Positions 29,254 to 38,194 of a stretch of DNA of 64,000 bases are shown piece after piece. The DNA lies in NCBI GenBank assembly GCA_947458915.1, contig CANHAE010000001.1, positions 1,366 through 65,365 on the forward strand, given 5' to 3'. The notes beneath the pieces are model-generated. The model worked only from the letters and a program-made list of their open reading frames with translations, was not told where the DNA came from and did no database searches. Each line of letters starts with the position of its first letter. Within the stretch, counting starts at the first letter, position 1. The stretch comes from Bacteroidota bacterium. Its GTDB lineage: Bacteria > Bacteroidota > Bacteroidia > Chitinophagales > Chitinophagaceae. The position numbers and the translations under genes were made by a program.

Positions 29254-30390
29254 ATGTATAACCAAACTGAAATAATAAAAGACACTACAAATTTAGGCCC
29301 TGAAGGTGAGTTAATAATTAATATGGGGCCTCAGCACCCTGCCACACACGGCGTATTACACTTAGTGGTTACTTTAAATGGAGAAACGATTAAAAAAATA
29401 GAACCTCATTTAGGTTACATACATCGTTCTATTGAAAAAATGTGCGAGAGTTTAACTTATCGCCAATTTATTTATGTGACAAGCAGGATGGATTATTTGT
29501 CCTCGCATATTAACAACTTAGGATGCGCATTACTAATTGAAAAGGGAATGCAAATTGAGGTACCTGAACGCGCTAAATATATTAGGGTAATTTTAAGTGA
29601 ATTAACCAGAATTGCTTCACACGAACTATGGTTAGGTGCTATGGCAATGGACTTGGGGGCATTTACCCCTTTCTTCTACACTTTCAGAGAACGAGAAATG
29701 ATTACTGAAATTATGGAAGAAACTTGTGGCGCAAGATTAACCATGAACTATATAGTTCCAGGTGGTTTGATGTATGATATTCATCCCGATTTTCAAAAAA
29801 AGGTAAAAGCGTTTATTAAACAGTTTAAAGAAAAGGTAACTGAGTTTGAAGACTTAGTGACCAATAATATAATATTTCAAAGTAGAACAAAAGGGATTGG
29901 CATTTTAACTGCCGAGGATGCCATTTCATTTGGATGCACTGGGCCAGTTGCAAGAGCAAGTGGGGTAAGTTGTGACATTAGAAAGCTATACCCTTACGAC
30001 GTTTATGATAAAGTTGAATTTGACGAAGTAATTGAAACAGCTGGTGACTCCTTTGCACGTTACATTGTTAGAGTAAAAGAAATGAATCAATCTATTCGCA
30101 TTATTGAGCAGCTTATTGATTGCATACCTGAAGGCGATTTTGTTGGCAAAACTAAAAACGTATTAAAGTTACCTAAAGGAGAATTTTATACAAGAGTAGA
30201 AACAGCAAGAGGAGAACTTGGCGTTTTTGTAGTAAGTGAAGGAGGAGCAAATCCTTACCGAATAAAATTTAGGTCACCCGGTTTTTCAAATTTGTCTGCA
30301 CTGAACCACATGGCAGCTGGAAGTAAAATTGGTGATTTAATGGCAACAATGGGCACTTTAGATTTAGTTATACCAGATATAGACAGATAA
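29254..30390 (+). CDS. nuoD: NADH-quinone oxidoreductase subunit D
   Basis: NMGPQHPATHGVL, GYIHRSIEK, RMDY, C-terminal DIDR; no NiFe CxxC motifs. Confidence 0.95.
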   Translation: MYNQTEIIKDTTNLGPEGELIINMGPQHPATHGVLHLVVTLNGETIKKIEPHLGYIHRSIEKMCESLTYRQFIYVTSRMDYLSSHINNLGCALLIEKGMQIEVPERAKYIRVILSELTRIASHELWLGAMAMDLGAFTPFFYTFREREMITEIMEETCGARLTMNYIVPGGLMYDIHPDFQKKVKAFIKQFKEKVTEFEDLVTNNIIFQSRTKGIGILTAEDAISFGCTGPVARASGVSCDIRKLYPYDVYDKVEFDEVIETAGDSFARYIVRVKEMNQSIRIIEQLIDCIPEGDFVGKTKNVLKLPKGEFYTRVETARGELGVFVVSEGGANPYRIKFRSPGFSNLSALNHMAAGSKIGDLMATMGTLDLVIPDIDR

Positions 30391-30405
30391 ATAAAATAGT
30401 TACAC

Positions 30406-31482
30406 ATGTTTAGCTTAGAAGGAATCACGACCGCTGTACAAGATTGGTTATTTATTAAATTTAATCCAACTTTGGCTTTAGCCATGGAATGTATCATTGT
30501 GATATTATTAGCCATCACATTGTTTGCGGGGTTAGGTTTAGTTTTGGTTTTGATGGAGAGAAAAGTAGCGGCGCGAATTCAAATAAGGCTAGGACCAAAT
30601 CGGGTTGGCCCTGGGGGTATGTTCCAAACCGTAGCTGATACCTTAAAATTAATTATGAAAGAGGGCTTAACCCCCGACTCGGCAGATAAATTCTTGTTTA
30701 ACTTGGCACCTTTTATAGTTATGATGGTAGCCATGCTATTACTTGCTCCTATTGCCTTTGCCAAGAATTTTCAAATTTGGGATATTAATATTGGTGTATT
30801 ATACATTTCGGCAATCTCCTCACTTTCCGTAATTGGTATATTAATGGCAGGCTGGGCGAGTAATAATAAATACTCTTTACTTGGAGCAATGCGAAGTGGC
30901 GCACAAATTGTAAGCTACGAACTTTCGGCAGGGTTAGCTGTTTTAACCATTGTAGTGCTTACCGGTAGTTTGCAACTTTCCGAAATTATTGCCGCACAAC
31001 AAAATGGTTGGTGGATTTTCAAAGGGCATATTCCTGCTGTGATAGCTTTTGTAATATTTATTATAGCAGTTACTGCCGAAACAAATCGTGCACCGTTTGA
31101 CTTAGCTGAAGCAGAATCGGAATTGACTGCTGGGTTTCACACCGAGTATTCAGGAATGAAGTTTGCCTTATTCTTTTTAGCAGAATACATTAATATATTC
31201 ATTGTTTGCGCTATTGGTGCAACACTATTTTTAGGTGGGTGGATGCCATTGCACATTGGAAGTTGGGAGGCATTTAATCATATCATGGATTATATCCCTT
31301 CTTCGGTTTGGTTTATGGGAAAAACATTTTTCTTGATTTTTGTGATTATGTGGTTTAGATGGACTTTCCCAAGGCTACGTATTGACCAATTATTGAATTT
31401 GGAATGGAAATATTTATTACCAATAAGTTTATTAAACCTTTTATTAGTAGCGGTGATTGCTATTTTAGGATGGCATTTTTAA
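30406..31482 (+). CDS. nuoH: NADH-quinone oxidoreductase subunit H
   Basis: ERKVAARIQ.R.GPNRVG and ETNRAPFDLAEAESEL..GFHTEYSG. Confidence 0.95.
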   Translation: MFSLEGITTAVQDWLFIKFNPTLALAMECIIVILLAITLFAGLGLVLVLMERKVAARIQIRLGPNRVGPGGMFQTVADTLKLIMKEGLTPDSADKFLFNLAPFIVMMVAMLLLAPIAFAKNFQIWDINIGVLYISAISSLSVIGILMAGWASNNKYSLLGAMRSGAQIVSYELSAGLAVLTIVVLTGSLQLSEIIAAQQNGWWIFKGHIPAVIAFVIFIIAVTAETNRAPFDLAEAESELTAGFHTEYSGMKFALFFLAEYINIFIVCAIGATLFLGGWMPLHIGSWEAFNHIMDYIPSSVWFMGKTFFLIFVIMWFRWTFPRLRIDQLLNLEWKYLLPISLLNLLLVAVIAILGWHF

Positions 31483-31501
31483 CACTAAATGAATTAGAAA
31501 C

Positions 31502-31978
31502 ATGTTTTTGAAAGAATATATATCAGATGTTTACAACGGTGTCACTTCCTTACTAAAGGGAATGAGAAAAACTGGTTATTATTTTCTGCATCCAAAAGAA
31601 ATTATAACAGAACAATACCCTGACAATAGGGCAACACTTGTATTAGCAGAAAGGTTTAAAGGAGAAGTAGTAATGCCACATGACGCAAACAATGAACATG
31701 CTTGCACAGGTTGTACAGCTTGTGAAATAGCTTGTCCAAATGGCACAATTAAAGTGGTGACAAAATTTGATATTACACCAGAAGGAAAAAAGAAAAAAGC
31801 AATTGATGCATTAGTGTATCATTTAGAATTATGCACTATGTGTAATTTATGCGTTGTGGCTTGCCCTAGTGATGCAATTAAAATGGCACCTACTTTTGAA
31901 CATAGCGTATTTGACAGGTCCAAATTGACTAAAATATTAAATAAACCAGCTTCTAAAATAAGGGAGGGTATTGAATAA
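31502..31978 (+). CDS. nuoI: NADH-quinone oxidoreductase subunit I
   Basis: Two CxxCxxCxxxCP [4Fe-4S] motifs, TEQYP. Confidence 0.93.
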   Translation: MFLKEYISDVYNGVTSLLKGMRKTGYYFLHPKEIITEQYPDNRATLVLAERFKGEVVMPHDANNEHACTGCTACEIACPNGTIKVVTKFDITPEGKKKKAIDALVYHLELCTMCNLCVVACPSDAIKMAPTFEHSVFDRSKLTKILNKPASKIREGIE

Positions 31979-32520
31979 TGAATATATCAGCAATCATATT
32001 TTACGCAATTTCTGCTTTAATATTAGGAGCAGGAATACTTGCCGTTACATCGGTTAAAATATTCCGATCGGCTATTTGGTTATTGTTTTCTTTAATTGGC
32101 ATAGCAGCATTATACTTTTGGATGCAAGTTGAATTTATTGCAGCCATTCAAATTGTAGTGTATGTTGGCGGAATTGTTATTTTAATTATTTTCTCCATAT
32201 TCCTAACACAACAATCTGGGAAAGACCTCCCTAAGCCAACTTTAAGTAAAACGGTTTTTTCAGCATTAGCAGCCTTATTTGGAATTGCATTTACTTTTAA
32301 CCTTATAAACCATTACGGGTTTGATAATATATCTGCTACACCTTTTAATGCAAGCGTAAACGAAATTGGAATACAAATGCTTAGCACTAGCTCCCATGGA
32401 TTTATTTTGCCTTTTGAAGTAGTAAGTATGCTTTTGTTAGCTTCCATGATTGGTTGTATTGTAATTGCAATGAAGACAAGTACTTCAGACGCTACACCTT
32501 TAAACAACAAGGAGGATTAA
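31978..32520 (+). CDS. nuoJ: NADH-quinone oxidoreductase subunit J
   Basis: QIVVYVGGI and LPFEVVS motifs. Confidence 0.92.
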   Translation: MNISAIIFYAISALILGAGILAVTSVKIFRSAIWLLFSLIGIAALYFWMQVEFIAAIQIVVYVGGIVILIIFSIFLTQQSGKDLPKPTLSKTVFSALAALFGIAFTFNLINHYGFDNISATPFNASVNEIGIQMLSTSSHGFILPFEVVSMLLLASMIGCIVIAMKTSTSDATPLNNKED

Positions 32521-32521
32521 T

Positions 32522-32836
32522 ATGAACGAAATACCACTAACACATATTCTGTTTGTAAGTACTGCCTTATTTTTTATTGGCATGTATGGCTTATTTACTA
32601 GAAGAAACATTATCACCATGCTCATGTCAATTGAGTTAATGCTAAATAGCGTGAACATTAATTTTGTTGCATTTAATAAATACTTGTTTCCCGATAAATT
32701 AGACGGGATTTTCTTTAGCTTATTTATTATCACCATTGCCGCTGCCGAGGCAGCTGTTGCCATTGCCATTATCATAAATTTATATCGTAGTCATAATTCA
32801 ATAGACGTAGACGATGCAACTGAAATGAAATTTTAA
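32522..32836 (+). CDS. nuoK: NADH-quinone oxidoreductase subunit K
   Basis: RRN, ELMLN, AAAEAAV. Confidence 0.95.
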   Translation: MNEIPLTHILFVSTALFFIGMYGLFTRRNIITMLMSIELMLNSVNINFVAFNKYLFPDKLDGIFFSLFIITIAAAEAAVAIAIIINLYRSHNSIDVDDATEMKF

Positions 32837-32841
32837 ATACT

Positions 32842-34770
32842 ATGTCAAACTATTTATACTTAGCCTGGATTCCATTATTACCCTTAGCTACTTTTGTACT
32901 TTTAGGCTTATTTGGACGCAAGTACTTTGCAAAAACCGCTGGTATCATTGGCACTGCTAGCTTACTAACATCCACCCTACTTTCATTTGTTGCAGCAAGA
33001 CAATATTTTTTAGAAGATGGGAAAGTAAATGGAGCATATCAAAAAATAATTGCACTTAAATATACTTGGCTTGAGTTTAGTCCAAATGTTTCTATAGATA
33101 TGGGTATTATTGTTGACCCTATTTCCATTATGATGTTAATTGTTGTTACTTCGGTTTCCTTAATGGTACACATTTTTAGTTTGGGGTATATGAAAGGCGA
33201 GGAACGTTTTGCAACTTACTATGCATTCCTTTCTTTGTTTACCTTTTCTATGCTAGGACTTATTTTATCTTCAAATATTTTTCAGGTATATATGTTCTGG
33301 GAATTAGTGGGTGTTTCTAGTTTTTTATTAATTGGCTATTATTTTAATAAGCCTTCGGCAGTTGCGGCAAGTAAAAAAGCCTTTATTGTAACTCGTTTTG
33401 CGGACTTAGGTTTTTTAATTGGAATTTTAATACTAGGCTTTTACGGAGGTACAATGGACATAAGTTTGTTGATTGAAAAACTCACAGTCACAAGTTCCGC
33501 TGCATTCGTAAACATTACCACGGCAAGTTTTTTAGGGGCTAGTATGCTTACTTGGGGCTTGACCTTAATTTTTGTAGGGGGTGCTGGTAAATCGGCCATG
33601 TTCCCACTACATATTTGGCTGCCAGATGCAATGGAAGGACCTACTCCAGTGTCCGCTTTAATCCACGCTGCTACCATGGTAGTTGCAGGTGTTTATTTAG
33701 TAGCACGCTTATTCCCAGTGTATTCGATGGACGAATCAGCATTAACCATTGTAACTTATGTCGGAGCTTTCTCTGCACTACTAGCAGCCATTATTGCTTG
33801 CACCCAAACCGATATCAAACGTGTACTAGCCTATTCAACCATGTCTCAAATTGGCTACATGATGTTTGCTTTGGGAATTTCAAAAAATGGAGGTGAAAAT
33901 GGATTGGGCTATATGGCTTCCATGTTTCATTTGTTCACACATGCTTTCTTTAAAAGCTTATTATTCCTAGGGGCAGGATCGGTGATACATATGGTGCACA
34001 GTAATGAAATGAAAGATATGGGTGGGTTAAGAAAATTAATGCCTGTTACCCATATAGCTTTTTTAATTGCTTGTTTAGCCATTGCGGGTATTCCTCCTTT
34101 TGCCGGATTCTTTAGTAAAGAAGAAATATTGCTAGCTGCTTTTCATGCTAATAAATTAATATATGGTGTTGCTTTAGTCACTGCAGGACTTACTTCATTT
34201 TATATGTTTCGTTTATACTTCTCTATATTTTGGAGTAAAGAATCAACTGTGCACAATAACCATGGAGAAGGCCCTTGGACAATGAAGCTGCCATTAATTA
34301 TATTAGCAATTTGTGCAGTAGGTGTGGGTTTTGTTCCTTTCTCCCAGTTTGTTACTTCTGACGGAATTGCTTTAACAACACATATTGACTTATTATTTTC
34401 CATCGCACCGGTTGGCTTAACATTAGTTGCCATTTTACTTGCAGCTAGTTTCTATAAAACACAAAATAATAAACCTGAAAAAGCTGCATTAGCCTTTGGA
34501 GGATTTTATACTGCTGCACATAAAAAGTTTTATGTAGATGAGGTTTACCTATTTATTACTAAAAAAATAATTTTCCCGCTAATTGGCCAACCAATAGCCT
34601 GGGCAGATAAATATATTGTAGATGGCTTTATGTTAGCATTAGCAAATACTACTGCAAAACTTTCGACATCTATTAAGGGACTGCAATCAGGAAAAGTGCA
34701 AAACTATGCGCTGTACTTCTTTGGAGGGGTTTTAGCATTATCTATATTATTCATTTATATCTGGAAATAA
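32842..34770 (+). CDS. nuoL: NADH-quinone oxidoreductase subunit L
   Basis: GKSAMFPLHIWLPDAMEGPTPVSALIHAATMV, HAFFKSLLFL. Confidence 0.95.
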   Translation: MSNYLYLAWIPLLPLATFVLLGLFGRKYFAKTAGIIGTASLLTSTLLSFVAARQYFLEDGKVNGAYQKIIALKYTWLEFSPNVSIDMGIIVDPISIMMLIVVTSVSLMVHIFSLGYMKGEERFATYYAFLSLFTFSMLGLILSSNIFQVYMFWELVGVSSFLLIGYYFNKPSAVAASKKAFIVTRFADLGFLIGILILGFYGGTMDISLLIEKLTVTSSAAFVNITTASFLGASMLTWGLTLIFVGGAGKSAMFPLHIWLPDAMEGPTPVSALIHAATMVVAGVYLVARLFPVYSMDESALTIVTYVGAFSALLAAIIACTQTDIKRVLAYSTMSQIGYMMFALGISKNGGENGLGYMASMFHLFTHAFFKSLLFLGAGSVIHMVHSNEMKDMGGLRKLMPVTHIAFLIACLAIAGIPPFAGFFSKEEILLAAFHANKLIYGVALVTAGLTSFYMFRLYFSIFWSKESTVHNNHGEGPWTMKLPLIILAICAVGVGFVPFSQFVTSDGIALTTHIDLLFSIAPVGLTLVAILLAASFYKTQNNKPEKAALAFGGFYTAAHKKFYVDEVYLFITKKIIFPLIGQPIAWADKYIVDGFMLALANTTAKLSTSIKGLQSGKVQNYALYFFGGVLALSILFIYIWK

Positions 34771-34779
34771 ATTTTTTAT

Positions 34780-36261
34780 ATGAATTTATCATTACTAATC
34801 CTACTGCCTCTTATTACAGCATTGGCAATTTTGTTCAGCAAAGGATTAAAACAAATTAGGGCTATAGGACTAGCTGGCTCAGTTGCTCAACTGGGTTTGG
34901 CTGGTTGGATTTTAAAACTTTATATGAACGAACGTTCTAATGGCAATACGACTGCTTATTTATTCGAATCAAATTATAGCTGGTTTAAAGCATTGCATAT
35001 TAATTATCATATAGGCATTGATGGTATTTCACTTGCAATGATCCTTTTAACATCGTTTATTGTAGTAGCGGGAATATTGGTTTCTTGGACAATGGAACAG
35101 CTGAGTAAAGAATATTTTTTCTTATTGGTGCTATTAAGTATAGGTGCTTATGGATTCTTTATTTCCTTAGACCTTTTTACTTTATTCTTCTTCCTAGAAA
35201 TTGCGGTAATCCCTAAATTTTTACTCATTGGAATTTGGGGAAGTGGCAAGAAAGAAAATAGTGCGATGAAATTAGCTTTGATGTTAATGGCCGGAAGTGC
35301 TTTAGTGGTGGTTGGTTTATTAGGCGTGTTTTACAATACGGGCACATTTGATATAGTGGAAATTACCCAGCTAGGCATTTCGGTAGCAGCTCAGCAATTA
35401 TTTTTCCCTTTTGCCTTTTTAGGATTTGGTGTATTTGCAGCCTTATTCCCATTTCATACTTGGGTGCCCGATGGTCACGCCTCGGCACCTACTGCGGCTT
35501 CCATGTTTCTTGCAGGCATATCAATGAAATTGGGCGGCTATGGATGTTTACGCATAGCCTTATTAATGCCAAACGGAGCACAAGAATATGCTTGGATTAT
35601 TATTTTATTAGCCACCATCGCAATTATATATGGCGCATTCGCCACCATGATGCAAACCGACTTGAAATACATAAATGCCTATTCTTCAATTAGTCACTGC
35701 GGATTTGTAATATTAGGTATTGGGATGTTGAACAAAACTTCCATTAATGGTGCAGTAATTCAAATGGTATCACATGGTTTAATGACGGCGCTTTTCTTCG
35801 CCGCTATTGGAATGATATATAGCCGAACACATACAAGGTTAGTTGCACAATTAGGTGGCTTATTAAAAGTAATGCCATTTATATCCACTGTATTTGTAAT
35901 TGCTGGTTTATGCTCATTGGGATTACCTGGCTTAAGTGGATTTGTGGCCGAGATGACTGTATTTATGGGCGCATGGCAAAACCCTGATGTTTGGCACAGG
36001 CTTGCCACTATTATATCTGCAGCTTCAATTGTGGTTACTGCTGTATATATATTACGTGCTACAGGAAAAACATTAATGGGGCCTATTAGTAACGAACATG
36101 CTGTATTAACCGACGCAACTTGGAATGAAAAACTAGCCGCTGGATTATTAATTATAGGAATTTTAATAATTGGTATTGCACCATTTTTAATAAACCAATT
36201 AATTATGCCAAGCACTGATATATTAATGGCTCAGTTTGAAAAAGCAATTACCCTTAAATGA
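34780..36261 (+). CDS. nuoM: NADH-quinone oxidoreductase subunit M
   Basis: FPFHTWVPDGHASAPT, AYSSISHCG, GLPGLSGFVAE. Confidence 0.93.
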   Translation: MNLSLLILLPLITALAILFSKGLKQIRAIGLAGSVAQLGLAGWILKLYMNERSNGNTTAYLFESNYSWFKALHINYHIGIDGISLAMILLTSFIVVAGILVSWTMEQLSKEYFFLLVLLSIGAYGFFISLDLFTLFFFLEIAVIPKFLLIGIWGSGKKENSAMKLALMLMAGSALVVVGLLGVFYNTGTFDIVEITQLGISVAAQQLFFPFAFLGFGVFAALFPFHTWVPDGHASAPTAASMFLAGISMKLGGYGCLRIALLMPNGAQEYAWIIILLATIAIIYGAFATMMQTDLKYINAYSSISHCGFVILGIGMLNKTSINGAVIQMVSHGLMTALFFAAIGMIYSRTHTRLVAQLGGLLKVMPFISTVFVIAGLCSLGLPGLSGFVAEMTVFMGAWQNPDVWHRLATIISAASIVVTAVYILRATGKTLMGPISNEHAVLTDATWNEKLAAGLLIIGILIIGIAPFLINQLIMPSTDILMAQFEKAITLK

Positions 36262-36266
36262 TTTGA

Positions 36267-37679
36267 ATGATGATAAATAATTTTTTTATACTACTACGAC
36301 AAGAACTAATTTTATCAGTACTAATTTTTTTATTACTTTTTATAAAATTAGGGAAAGATCGAAGTAATGAAAATATACTTAATATAATTAATGTTGCCCT
36401 ATTTATAAACCTTGCAGCTGGATTTTGCTGCATGCATGAAGGCAGCCTATTTAGTGGCATGTTTACTACCAATGCATTAGTTGCATTCCAAAAGAATATT
36501 TTAAACTTAGCTATTTGGATTATATCAATGCAGTCCTTTGCTTGGCTAAAAACACATAAACATGTTATTGAGTTTTATATATTGCTTTTAACTTCCCTAC
36601 TAGGCATGTATTTTATGATTTCAAGTGGCAACTTACTTATGTTTTATTTAGGACTTGAAATGTCTACTATTCCATTAGCTGCAGCTGCAAATTTCGATTT
36701 AACAAAAAAGAAGTCATCTGAAGCAGCAATGAAACTTATTATCTCATCGGCGTTTGCATCGGGCATTCTTTTACTAGGAATTTCATTCTTATATGGGACA
36801 AGTGGCACCTTAAGTTTTGAAATTCTGCCTGCTCACTTAGGAAACAATCCCTTGCAAATATTTGCATTCATCTTATTTATGTCTGGCTTTGCTTTTAAAA
36901 TTTCAGCAGTACCCTTTCACTTATGGACTGCGGACGTTTACGAAGGTGCTCCTGTGGCAGTCACCTCCTTCTTGTCGGTGATTTCGAAAGCTGCAGTTTT
37001 ATTTGCATTTGGCACTGTCTTGTATAAGGTTTTCGAGCCAATTGCAAATACTTGGTATGCAGTGCTTGTTGTGCTATCGTTTGCAACAATACTTATTGGC
37101 AATTTATTTGCCATTCGACAAGAAAATTTTAAGCGTTTTTTAGCTTTTTCGTCTATCGCACAAGTTGGTTTTATTTTAATAGGCCTATCCGGCAGTAGCC
37201 AGGCTGGCTTAGCTTCGCTAGTTTACTTTATTTTAATTTATGTATTTTCTAATTTAGCTGCGTTTGGGGTAGTTTCCCTTGTGAGTGCTTTAACAGGAAA
37301 AGAAAATATTGCAGATTTTAAAGGATTTTATAAAACCAACCCAACTCTTTCTTGGGTATTGACTATTGCATTATTCTCCTTAGCAGGCGTGCCTCCTACC
37401 GCAGGATTCTTTGGAAAATTATTTTTACTAATGGCAGGTGCGGCTAAAGACAATTATTGGCTAATTACTTTTGCTGCATTAAATATGGTTATTTCATTTT
37501 ACTACTACTTAAGAATAGTAAAATCCATATTCATGGAACCAAACGAACAACCAATTCAAAAATTAGCCATACCAGTTGTTTCAAAATTTGCGATGTATTT
37601 ATGTGTTGCTGGAATTATAATAACTGGCTTGGCTAGTGTGGTATACGACTATATTTATTCATTAAGCTTTGGCTTATAA
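36267..37679 (+). CDS. nuoN: NADH-quinone oxidoreductase subunit N
   Basis: FKISAVPFHLWTADVYEGAP and SLAGVPPTAGFFGK. Confidence 0.95.
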   Translation: MMINNFFILLRQELILSVLIFLLLFIKLGKDRSNENILNIINVALFINLAAGFCCMHEGSLFSGMFTTNALVAFQKNILNLAIWIISMQSFAWLKTHKHVIEFYILLLTSLLGMYFMISSGNLLMFYLGLEMSTIPLAAAANFDLTKKKSSEAAMKLIISSAFASGILLLGISFLYGTSGTLSFEILPAHLGNNPLQIFAFILFMSGFAFKISAVPFHLWTADVYEGAPVAVTSFLSVISKAAVLFAFGTVLYKVFEPIANTWYAVLVVLSFATILIGNLFAIRQENFKRFLAFSSIAQVGFILIGLSGSSQAGLASLVYFILIYVFSNLAAFGVVSLVSALTGKENIADFKGFYKTNPTLSWVLTIALFSLAGVPPTAGFFGKLFLLMAGAAKDNYWLITFAALNMVISFYYYLRIVKSIFMEPNEQPIQKLAIPVVSKFAMYLCVAGIIITGLASVVYDYIYSLSFGL

Positions 37680-37690
37680 TTAATTGAAGA

Positions 37691-38092
37691 ATGGCTATCA
37701 ATAAAAATCACGAGTTTGAAGATATAAACGGTATTAAATGTGCCATTGTTGAAAAAAACGCAACACCAGAACGTGTTCAATTTCTTACAGCTTTATTAAG
37801 CTTCAACAAATACCAAGTAGTGGTAGCAGAAAGTATTGCACCAAAAGCAGTAACAACTACACCAGCTCCAATTGCTGAAGGTGCTGAAGCTACTACTACC
37901 CCTGCAGTTCCCGAAACGCCTGTAGAACCAACAACCTTCACCGTAGGGGTAACCGATTTAACTTTTAATCCAACCAATAGTGTATTTGGCCGTGCTTTAA
38001 AAACCACTGACGGTCATGTAGTTACGCTTTCCTATTGGCAACAAAAGGACGCTATATCTGACGACACCATCCCGTATTTCGACAACAAGTAA
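37691..38092 (+). CDS. Hypothetical soluble protein at the end of the nuo operon
   Basis: ATG 11 nt after nuoN; globular ends around a Pro/Thr/Ala/Glu low-complexity loop. Confidence 0.75.
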   Translation: MAINKNHEFEDINGIKCAIVEKNATPERVQFLTALLSFNKYQVVVAESIAPKAVTTTPAPIAEGAEATTTPAVPETPVEPTTFTVGVTDLTFNPTNSVFGRALKTTDGHVVTLSYWQQKDAISDDTIPYFDNK

Positions 38093-38124
38093 CTGTTTTA
38101 AACTAACCGAAGTCCTTACTAGAA

Positions 38125-38138
38125 ATGATTATTATCAT
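38125..38138 (+). promoter_or_regulatory. Palindrome ATGAT-TATT-ATCAT upstream of PFOR
   Basis: Perfect 5-4-5 dyad, 13 bp identical to the nuoA site. Confidence 0.6.
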
Positions 38139-38194
38139 GTTTTGGTTTTTGTGTTTGGGGTACTTTGCCTACTCAAACCACAAAATATCCAAGC

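Noticed and set aside
28213-30390. Group 4 NiFe hydrogenase
   Set aside because: The large subunit lacks both CxxC nickel motifs, NuoB has the tandem CC, and no hyp genes are present
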